Assembly (NCBI RefSeq): GCF_000011125.1
Contig: NC_000854.2
Coordinates: forward strand, 1-32,000
Direction: 5' to 3'
DNA: 32,000 bases
Source: Aeropyrum pernix K1
GTDB lineage: Archaea; Thermoproteota; Thermoprotei_A; Sulfolobales; Acidilobaceae
In this document: piece after piece, positions 15,391 to 22,505 of the stretch
How the letters are laid out: each line of letters opens with the position of its first letter
How positions within the stretch are numbered: the first letter of the stretch is position 1
The notes under the pieces: generated by a model
Database searches by the model: none
Told to the model about the DNA's origin: nothing
Seen by the model: only the letters and a program-made list of their open reading frames with translations
Position numbers and translations under genes: made by a program

Positions 15391-15909
15391 CTACCCAGCT
15401 GCATCCATCCTTAGAAGGGATTGTACAAGGCGGGTGCACTCCTCCAGCCCTCCACAGTCCACATGGCTTTTAACATAGTTCACTTCCCCAACGCTCTCCC
15501 GTATATCGTCAAGATGGATCTCCCTATCGTCGAAATAAACTATCCTGCCGGGCGTCAAGTAAAGCCTGCGCTCCACCCGCAACACTCTGAGAAGCTTAGT
15601 CAACATCCTTCCCTTCCACGGGTGAGGCTCTATAACGTGATAATGGAATATATGAGACGCGCCTAAAACCCTCAAAGCCTCAAGTGCTTTAAAAGGGACG
15701 TTCCAGCTGAACGACGAGACTACCGCCCCCGATCTTCTCGCCCATAAAGCCAGGGCGACCATATATCCATAGAGCCTGACCTCAACCCCGCCAGAATCGA
15801 CAATAGCATTATGAGAAACGCGAGTAAAGGGCGGCTTTAGCGAGCTCACATCTAAATGATCCCAGAGAGTACCATCTAAGTCTAGAAGGAGAAGCCAATC
15901 CCGCTTCAA
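15391..15909 (-). CDS. HAD-superfamily phosphatase, magnesium-dependent phosphatase-1 (MDP-1)-like
   Basis: Motif I is LLLDLDGTLWDH (DxDxT followed by W, as in MDP-1) and the late acidic motif is IVYFDDREIHLDDI. The gene is 172 aa with a TTG start. Confidence 0.75.
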   Translation of the reverse strand: MKRDWLLLLDLDGTLWDHLDVSSLKPPFTRVSHNAIVDSGGVEVRLYGYMVALALWARRSGAVVSSFSWNVPFKALEALRVLGASHIFHYHVIEPHPWKGRMLTKLLRVLRVERRLYLTPGRIVYFDDREIHLDDIRESVGEVNYVKSHVDCGGLEECTRLVQSLLRMDAAG

Positions 15910-16020
15910 CTAAAACCACCACAAACTACATTCAAAAATGAAACTTGAAGAAAACTCCACCGCCTCAACTTAATCCCTTTTACTCTATCGCTTTCAAACC
16001 TTTTCACTTAGCAACAGGTG

Positions 16021-16419
16021 TCACAGCACAGAACCATAGACTTCGGCAATCCACTTTAGCACAGTTCTCTGAAACAACGGGATGAACGGTAACCTTATGT
16101 TGAGTGCTTTAAGCACACCTCCGTCATGGTACACCATAATCGATTGTCTCCCGTCAGACACGAGAACAGCTTTCACGCTATAATTCTCAATGCTAGAAAG
16201 TAGTTTGTCGGCAAGAAGAGATAGCTCATCATTTCTAGCTCTACTTTTAACTTTATCCGGGTCAACGGCATACACCCTTCCATACAGTCTGAGATGTTCC
16301 GCCGAGTACCTAGACAGTTTTAAGAGAATGATATCGGCAGCCACCTTCTTCTCGCTTATCTTACTAAAGATCCCCCGAAATCTCAGGCCGAACCTCCCAT
16401 CTGCTAAACCTATAATCAA
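16021..16419 (-). CDS. C-terminal portion of a frame-split TrmB-like regulator (annotatable alone as hypothetical)
   Basis: The listed TTG start looks arbitrary. The same frame stays open at least 48 codons upstream (to at least 16563; not traced further) and reads EEKQLPILYLEGEWSIRNSLKLLVERTESDLIIGLADG. That reads more like a genuine protein than the tail of the upstream ORF. The two parts total about 270 aa, which is the size of short TrmB-family proteins. Confidence 0.5.
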   Translation of the reverse strand: MIIGLADGRFGLRFRGIFSKISEKKVAADIILLKLSRYSAEHLRLYGRVYAVDPDKVKSRARNDELSLLADKLLSSIENYSVKAVLVSDGRQSIMVYHDGGVLKALNIRLPFIPLFQRTVLKWIAEVYGSVL

Positions 16420-16835
16420 GTCAGACTCCGTTCTTTCAACAAGAAGTTTGAGACTATTCCTAATACTCCACTCACCCTCCAGATAGAGTATGGGCAGCTG
16501 CTTCTCCTCATACCTCCTTTTGGAAGTTTTAACTCGATTATAGCCTCCTCCGCGGATCTCACATACCTATCTCGCATTTCCCCTATAACATGCTCGGGAT
16601 CAACCGCCCTATAGTATGTCGGCGATCCCTGCGTCCTTTCTACAAAACCCTTTGCAATAAGGTCTCTCAATACGTCGTAGACCCGAGGTCTAGGCACTCC
16701 GCTCCTTAGAGATATTTCTCCGGCCTTTGAGGGGCCGTAGAGTACTAGTGCCGCGTACACCCGGGCTTCATACTCTTTAAAACCCAGGCTCGTGAGCTTG
16801 CCCACGATCTCGCGACTTATCATAGCACTACCCAT
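16416..16835 (-). CDS. TrmB-family transcriptional regulator: N-terminal winged-helix part plus coiled-coil, split from its C-terminal part by a -1 frame change
   Basis: The segment LGFKEYEARVYAALVLYGPSKAGEISLRSGVPRPRVYDVLRDLIAKGFVER is the canonical TrmB HTH. The start is ATG at 16833-16835. Confidence 0.85.
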   Translation of the reverse strand: MGSAMISREIVGKLTSLGFKEYEARVYAALVLYGPSKAGEISLRSGVPRPRVYDVLRDLIAKGFVERTQGSPTYYRAVDPEHVIGEMRDRYVRSAEEAIIELKLPKGGMRRSSCPYSIWRVSGVLGIVSNFLLKERSLT

Positions 16836-16843
16836 GATTAAAT

Positions 16844-16864
16844 TTGTAACTCTCAGAGTTACAA
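16844..16864. promoter_or_regulatory. Perfect 21-bp palindrome ttgtaactct-c-agagttacaa in the divergent TrmB / phosphotransferase promoter region. Candidate TrmB operator.
   Basis: Read directly. It begins 9 nt upstream of the TrmB ATG and lies about 50-70 nt upstream of the 16914 start. A TATA-like attataata sits at about 16889-16897. Confidence 0.45.
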
Positions 16865-16913
16865 TAGTTTTTCAACACATTGTCTCCATTATAATAGCAC
16901 GGGGTTTCTAGTC

Positions 16914-18800
16914 TTGACGGAATCATTAAGCGTGAGCCTGGAAAAATCGGAGAAGTTAGTTGTAGATCTTAGAGATGCTACAAGGAAGATCATACATATG
17001 GTTGGAGGGAAGGCGGCATCGCTGGGAGAACTTCTTGAACACGGTTTACCCGTGCCGCCCGGTTTTGTAGTAACTACTAGAGCTTACGACCTGTTCGTAG
17101 AGAAGAATGGACTAAAGAGTGTTATTGAGAATTTTAGTGGGGCTAACCAAGCGGCAATACTTAGGCGGCTGATCCTCGAGGGAGAAGTGCCAAGGGAGGT
17201 AGTTGAAGCAATAAGAGAAGCCTACTACAGCAGGGGAGACGGCAGGGTAGCAGTGAGGTCTAGCGCCACTGTAGAGGATCTTCCTGAGGCTGCTTTCGCA
17301 GGACAGCACGATACTTTTCTCAACGTGGAGGGGATAGACAGGGTTGTAGAGGCTGTAAAAAAGTGCTGGGCCTCCCTGTGGAGCGATAGAGCCGTCGCCT
17401 ACAGGGAGAGCTTGGGCGTTAGCCACTCTAAGGCTAAGATGGCTGTCATTGTCCAGCGTATGGTCGACGCGGATGTATCTGGTGTCATGTTCACTGCGAA
17501 CCCTGTTACGGGAGTTAGAGAAGAGGTGGTAGTAAACGCCTTTAGAGGCCTGGGCGAGTCTATAGTCTCGGGAGTCGTTACGCCCGATCACTACGTTCTC
17601 GTCAAGACCAGGTTTGGGTGGAAAATAGTTGAGAAGAGGATTAGCGGTGATAAACCGGTTTTAGACGACAGAACCCTGGTTAGGCTTGCAAGCATTGGAG
17701 CTAGGATCCAACGCCTATTTGGCACTCCTCAGGACATCGAGTGGGCTTTAGAGAAGGGCAGGATCTATATACTCCAGTCGAGGCCTATAACCTCCCTTCC
17801 AGAGCCTCCACCAAAAGTTGGCAGACTGAAAAGGTCACTCCTTCTTATGCTGGCCGAGTTCTTGCCGGAAAGACCGTACCCGCTGGAAATAGCTTGGATT
17901 GATGCTGTGTTCAGCAATGCAGTGGGGCGAGTAGCCTCATACTATGGCGTGCGCCTCCCCAGTGTATCCGATCTTATCGAGGAGGATGACGATGGGGTTC
18001 CTGTGAGGATTAACCCCTATTTCAGGATAGGAGTCTCGCCCTCTATCATTCTGGCCCCTGCTAGGCTACTCATCAACACTTTAAGATATAACGCTATCCG
18101 TTGGAGGAATGACTCGGATTTAGAGGAGTTTAACAAGAGATTTCACATGCTGGATAGTAGGCTTAAGGATGTAAGCGAGTGGAGAGAAATAGTCGATATA
18201 GTGGATGGCATTCTCTATAACACTGTTTTTATCGGAGAGTTAAGAAGAAAGTACTTACCCAGCGCCGTTCTCTCGGCAGTCGTCCTGAGGATTTGGCTGT
18301 CCTTGATGGGGAAGGGGGAAATGTTCCCTAAGCTTATGTTTTCGTGCCTTGACACTAAGGTGAGCGAAGCTAACAGGCAACTCGAGAGGTTAGCAAGCCT
18401 TGTCAAGTCAAATGGGGAGCTGTTTAGAATATTCGTTCAGGAGGAGCCTACTAACATACTTGACGTTATCAAATCGAGCAGGAAATTTGAGTTTTTCTAT
18501 CGTGAACTACAAAAGTTTCTGGCGGAGTATGGCCATAGAGAGGCTAGCGGGTCCCTGTTACTTTCCCGCGGTTCATGGGTAGAAAAGCCCGAGCTGGTCA
18601 TCGGTATTGTTAAAAGCCTTCTGACTATCAGGAAGACCGCAGATGAAGATTCTTCGTGTCACCGATTTGAAGAAACTCTTAATTCACTCTTTTCGACCCG
18701 GCTGCTGAGATTTATCTGGCTAGAAAGGTGTTTCTCCGGATTCTATATAATGCTAGGGAGTTCCATAGGATTAGGGAGGATACACGTTTCTACGCTATGA
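16914..18800 (+). CDS. PEP-dependent phosphotransferase, N-terminal and central parts (PPDK_N ATP-grasp domain plus middle domain). Split from its swivel-His domain by a -1 frame change.
   Basis: The segments VGGKAASLGELLEHGLPVPPGFVVTTRAY and QDIEWALEKGRIYILQSRPIT delimit a pyruvate-phosphate-dikinase/PEP-synthase N-terminal nucleotide-binding domain. The last 25 or so residues of the ORF (CFSGFYIMLGSSIGLGRIHVSTL) look out of frame. Confidence 0.85.
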   Translation: MTESLSVSLEKSEKLVVDLRDATRKIIHMVGGKAASLGELLEHGLPVPPGFVVTTRAYDLFVEKNGLKSVIENFSGANQAAILRRLILEGEVPREVVEAIREAYYSRGDGRVAVRSSATVEDLPEAAFAGQHDTFLNVEGIDRVVEAVKKCWASLWSDRAVAYRESLGVSHSKAKMAVIVQRMVDADVSGVMFTANPVTGVREEVVVNAFRGLGESIVSGVVTPDHYVLVKTRFGWKIVEKRISGDKPVLDDRTLVRLASIGARIQRLFGTPQDIEWALEKGRIYILQSRPITSLPEPPPKVGRLKRSLLLMLAEFLPERPYPLEIAWIDAVFSNAVGRVASYYGVRLPSVSDLIEEDDDGVPVRINPYFRIGVSPSIILAPARLLINTLRYNAIRWRNDSDLEEFNKRFHMLDSRLKDVSEWREIVDIVDGILYNTVFIGELRRKYLPSAVLSAVVLRIWLSLMGKGEMFPKLMFSCLDTKVSEANRQLERLASLVKSNGELFRIFVQEEPTNILDVIKSSRKFEFFYRELQKFLAEYGHREASGSLLLSRGSWVEKPELVIGIVKSLLTIRKTADEDSSCHRFEETLNSLFSTRLLRFIWLERCFSGFYIMLGSSIGLGRIHVSTL

Positions 18801-19384
18801 AGCTAGTTCCCGCTCTCAAGAAGGCTTTTGTGAGAATGGGCGAGCGGCTGAGAGACGAAGGAATAATAGATGATAGCCTAGACATATATTATCTTAAGCT
18901 GGACGAGATAAAATCTATCCAAAGATGGCCGCCCCCCGAGAACATGGGAGCAGACCTGAGAGCAGTTGCTTTGGCGAGAAAAAGGAAGATGAAATCTCTA
19001 TCTTCAAAGCCCTTCGTCGACCCTCGGCTACTCCTGGTTATATCTCGGAGGGATAACATTGAAGGAGCCTTAGTGACAGGTATTCCAGCCAGCCCGGGTA
19101 TCGCCGTGGGTACTGTCAAAATTGTGAGGGACGCCAGCGAGTTCCATAAACTTAGGCATGGAGACATACTTGTCGCTCCATTTACGACTCCCGCATGGAC
19201 ACCGCTCTTCAGGGTTGCAGCTGCTGTAGTTACCGACACTGGCGGTCCACTATCCCACGCCGCTTTAACGGCTAGGGAGTACGGCATCCCAGCTGTTGTG
19301 GGCACTGGTCTTGCGACCAAGGTTTTGAAGGATGGTATGAGGGTGAGAGTTGACGGGTATCGTGGAGCAGTTTACAAGGCCTAG
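18728..19384 (+). CDS. PEP-utilising enzyme mobile (phospho-histidine swivel) domain; C-terminal part of the split phosphotransferase
   Basis: The segment VTDTGGPLSHAALTAREYGIPAVVG is the phospho-His swivel-domain signature. Its frame is open back to 18683 (FTLFDPAAEIYLARKVFLRILYNAREFHRIREDTRFY). The protein ends right after the swivel domain, so it has no PEP/pyruvate-binding TIM barrel. Confidence 0.85.
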   Translation: MFLRILYNAREFHRIREDTRFYAMKLVPALKKAFVRMGERLRDEGIIDDSLDIYYLKLDEIKSIQRWPPPENMGADLRAVALARKRKMKSLSSKPFVDPRLLLVISRRDNIEGALVTGIPASPGIAVGTVKIVRDASEFHKLRHGDILVAPFTTPAWTPLFRVAAAVVTDTGGPLSHAALTAREYGIPAVVGTGLATKVLKDGMRVRVDGYRGAVYKA

Positions 19385-19386
19385 GT

Positions 19387-20850
19387 GTGCCTTCCTTGTC
19401 CCCGGGAGAAGAGAGCAGAATACATCTTACGACAAAAGCTCTCTCGCTAGCACTGACAGCCTTCCTCGTGATGTATGTTGAAGCCGTACTATACACGAGT
19501 GTTCCAGCCATACAGGCCGAGCTAGGAATCAGCCCTGTAGAGGCTTCGTGGATATTCACCTCATATCTAGTCACAGGTAGCGTGTTGATACCTCTCATGG
19601 GGAGACTTGGTGATGCTGTTGGGAGGAGGAGAACGCTCATACTAATATTAATAATATTCGGAATATCTCTCCTCCTAGGAGGTAGCGTTAACTCGTTCCG
19701 CCTCCTCCTCGGACTGAGAGCTGCTCAAGGTGTTGGTATGACAGCTTTACCTCTTATATATGCAATTGTTAGAGAGGAGTTCCCCCCGAACAGAGCTCCA
19801 GTAATACAGGGTATACTCGCGGCTATGAACGGTATTGGCCTCCTTATAGCCCTTCCAGCAGGAGGCTGGGTAACAGAAAACCTTGACTGGAGACTCAACT
19901 TCGTCTTAATATCCCCGCTAGCACTGCTGTCTATTTTGCTTAACATAGCTCTCCTCAAAGACACCAGGGATCTTAGCCTAGACAAGTCTCTCTCAGGGAT
20001 GAGGGTTAGCGTAGCAAGCGTGCTTTCGTTTGCCGCCCTCGTCACCTCCCTTCTAATCCTGATAACAATTCATACTACCGGGGAATCCGGAGAGTATGCA
20101 CAGGGACTCCTCCTAGCCATCTTCATCGTGTCCCTACTAGCCTTCCGCTGGAGCGAAAGAAGATCTAGTGCTCCACTACTTCCAATATCCACTTTCAACA
20201 GGAGTGTAAGGCTCGGAGTATTTTGCGCCTCTATCATAGCTGTTACCTTCCAGCTCGTTCTTTTCGTCCTTCCATATCTACTGCAAACACCTCATCCTAA
20301 CGGCTTTGGCTTAACCCCTACAGAGTCTGGGGTTTACATGATGCTCCTCATTGTGTCCTATGCGATATCATCGCCTCTAGCTGGTTACCTAGTTGTGAGG
20401 GTAGGTATGAAGAGAATCGCCTACGCTGGATCGTTATTATCAGCAGCAGCTTACTTAGCAGTTGCAGTCAAGCCTCTTCAGAGCCCTTTACTTGAGGTAA
20501 CTCTCGTTTCTTTGGGTTTTGTGGGCATGGCCTTTATAAACAACTCACTTATCAACATTGTGGTTTACTCCGCAGATAAGTCATACCTATCGACCACGAC
20601 AAGCCTTTACACTCTCCTCAGAACACTAGGCTCTGCACTAGGACCGTTGATAGGCGGGCTCATATTCTCAATGTGCTCATACTCGGAGATTAAAACAACT
20701 CAAATCACAAGCTTCTCTATAGATCCTTTATCGTACAGCCTGGCTTTCGCGGCGGCATCCTCCTTGTTCCTAATAGTGCTTGCCATGGTATTGCAGATTG
20801 ATGAACCATCTCTCCTAAAGGATTTGTCACCAAGTAGAGTCTTGACATAA
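19387..20850 (+). CDS. MFS transporter with 14 predicted TM segments (DHA2/EmrB-like drug:H+ antiporter type)
   Basis: MFS motif A, GRLGDAVGRRRT, lies between TM2 and TM3. I counted 14 hydrophobic segments by eye. The gene is 487 aa, and its GTG start is 2 nt after the phosphotransferase stop. Confidence 0.85.
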   Translation: MPSLSPGEESRIHLTTKALSLALTAFLVMYVEAVLYTSVPAIQAELGISPVEASWIFTSYLVTGSVLIPLMGRLGDAVGRRRTLILILIIFGISLLLGGSVNSFRLLLGLRAAQGVGMTALPLIYAIVREEFPPNRAPVIQGILAAMNGIGLLIALPAGGWVTENLDWRLNFVLISPLALLSILLNIALLKDTRDLSLDKSLSGMRVSVASVLSFAALVTSLLILITIHTTGESGEYAQGLLLAIFIVSLLAFRWSERRSSAPLLPISTFNRSVRLGVFCASIIAVTFQLVLFVLPYLLQTPHPNGFGLTPTESGVYMMLLIVSYAISSPLAGYLVVRVGMKRIAYAGSLLSAAAYLAVAVKPLQSPLLEVTLVSLGFVGMAFINNSLINIVVYSADKSYLSTTTSLYTLLRTLGSALGPLIGGLIFSMCSYSEIKTTQITSFSIDPLSYSLAFAAASSLFLIVLAMVLQIDEPSLLKDLSPSRVLT

Positions 20851-20897
20851 CAAAGTTATAGCTGAGGGGTCACAGATAGAAATTGTAATGCCGGGGT

Positions 20898-22379
20898 GTG
20901 TTTAGGTTAATGGAGGATGTTGTAAAAGCCCTTGCTAAGGAGGTCCTCTCTTCAGCTGATATAGAATGGAACCCTCCGCCGGGTCTTCTACGTAGGGAAT
21001 CGAGTAGGTACGCTGGATTTACTAAGACTGGATCTCTAGCAGTAGTGTCTAGCAAGGCTAGGGCTCGTAGGCCTGATAGAACGCGTGTAAAGTACCTTAG
21101 AGACGAGGGTTTCGACCGTCTCGTAGTGGATGCTTGGGACTACGTCGTTAAAGCTAGCTTCTACGCCGTTGAGCGTTGTGTGGGATCTGGGGATAGGAGG
21201 TTCCGCATCCTAGCGTTGGTGGAGAAGTCGTATCCCCACCTAGCGCTCATGTCCCATTTGAACTTCTTCCCATGCGGATCGACGGGTAGTTACGATATGG
21301 TGACGATTGATGTCCCCAGTTATAGTGATGTGTGGATGCTGGTGGAGAGGAGATCGAACTCAACTTTAGTTCTAGGTAGCGATTACTATGGCGAGCTTAA
21401 GATGAGTTTTCTTAGGCTGGCAATGAACGAGGCTAGGGACCGGCATCTGGGCGTGGGACTACATGCCGCGAGCAAGCTCTACAGAGTCAGGGTTGAAGGG
21501 TCGATGAGGGAGGTTGGCGTGCTAGTGTTCGGCCTCAGCGGCACAGGGAAGACTACTCTCACGGTAGAGGACCATGGGCTCAGAGAGCCCGAGTATGTTA
21601 GGGTTATGCAGGATGATATAGTTATTCTCGATTGGCGGGGTGTTGCGCACGGTACCGAGATGAACCTCTACCCCAAGACGGATAGCGTTCCTGAGCTGAA
21701 AAAGCTGGAGCCAGCTGTCCTACACCCCGATGCTGTGTTGGAGAACGTTGTAGTTAAGAGTGATGGTACTCCCGACTTTACAGATTTGAGCCTGACGCGT
21801 AATGCTAGAGCCCTTGCGATAAGGGAGGCCATACCCATTGCTAGCGGTAGCGTTGATCTCATGGGGACAAACGTTCTAGTCTTCCTGACAAGGAGGCCTG
21901 AAATGCCTCCTCTAGCCCGGCTAACGAGTCCGTACCAGGCTGTGGCATATTTCATGCTGGGTGAGAGCTTTAGGACGAGTGCAGAGGCTGGAAAACCAGA
22001 GCCCGTTAGGGTTCCTGGCTTCGACCCATTCATGCTTGAGCCAAAATGGAGATCTGCCTATTCCCTCCTAGATTTGATTAAGAGTCTTAACATGAATGTT
22101 TATGTTATGAATACAGGCCATGCAAAGGACAGGAAGATACCTCCAGAACTCTCCAAACACCTCCTACTATCTCTCGTAAAGGAGAATGTGGATTGGAAGC
22201 TTGATAAGCACATGGGCTTCGAGATTGCGGTTCGAGCTGGAGGTGTGAATCTCGACGGCTATAATCCCGAGGAGTTGTATGGGGAGAGCTACGTTCGGGT
22301 TGTTGACTTGCTTCGCCGTGATAGGCAGGAATTTCTAAGATCGATACCCAGCGTCAGTTTTCTAGCGGACTACGTCTAA
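20898..22379 (+). CDS. pckA: Phosphoenolpyruvate carboxykinase (ATP-type)
   Basis: The kinase-1a motif FGLSGTGKTTL is diagnostic of ATP-PEPCK. The segment VYVMNTGHAKDRKIP corresponds to the NTGWNG/adenine-binding region. The track start is GTG at 20898; ATG at 20910 (MEDVVKAL...) is more likely. Confidence 0.8.
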   Translation: MFRLMEDVVKALAKEVLSSADIEWNPPPGLLRRESSRYAGFTKTGSLAVVSSKARARRPDRTRVKYLRDEGFDRLVVDAWDYVVKASFYAVERCVGSGDRRFRILALVEKSYPHLALMSHLNFFPCGSTGSYDMVTIDVPSYSDVWMLVERRSNSTLVLGSDYYGELKMSFLRLAMNEARDRHLGVGLHAASKLYRVRVEGSMREVGVLVFGLSGTGKTTLTVEDHGLREPEYVRVMQDDIVILDWRGVAHGTEMNLYPKTDSVPELKKLEPAVLHPDAVLENVVVKSDGTPDFTDLSLTRNARALAIREAIPIASGSVDLMGTNVLVFLTRRPEMPPLARLTSPYQAVAYFMLGESFRTSAEAGKPEPVRVPGFDPFMLEPKWRSAYSLLDLIKSLNMNVYVMNTGHAKDRKIPPELSKHLLLSLVKENVDWKLDKHMGFEIAVRAGGVNLDGYNPEELYGESYVRVVDLLRRDRQEFLRSIPSVSFLADYV

Positions 22380-22505
22380 GCCTTTATTTCCAAGTTAAGA
22401 ATTGAGGTTCATGACGTAGCAGCCCATCAAGTATTGTCATTTTCTAATATCAAATATATTATCACATACCCATAAAACCAATTTTATATATATGATGGTG
22501 GGAAA

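Noticed and set aside
16500-18700. Programmed -1 ribosomal frameshifting as the explanation for the split TrmB and phosphotransferase genes
   Set aside because: There is no canonical X-XXY-YYZ slippery heptamer and no obvious downstream stable hairpin at either site. A single-base deletion or homopolymer error is the simpler explanation. Programmed frameshifting cannot be fully excluded without data.
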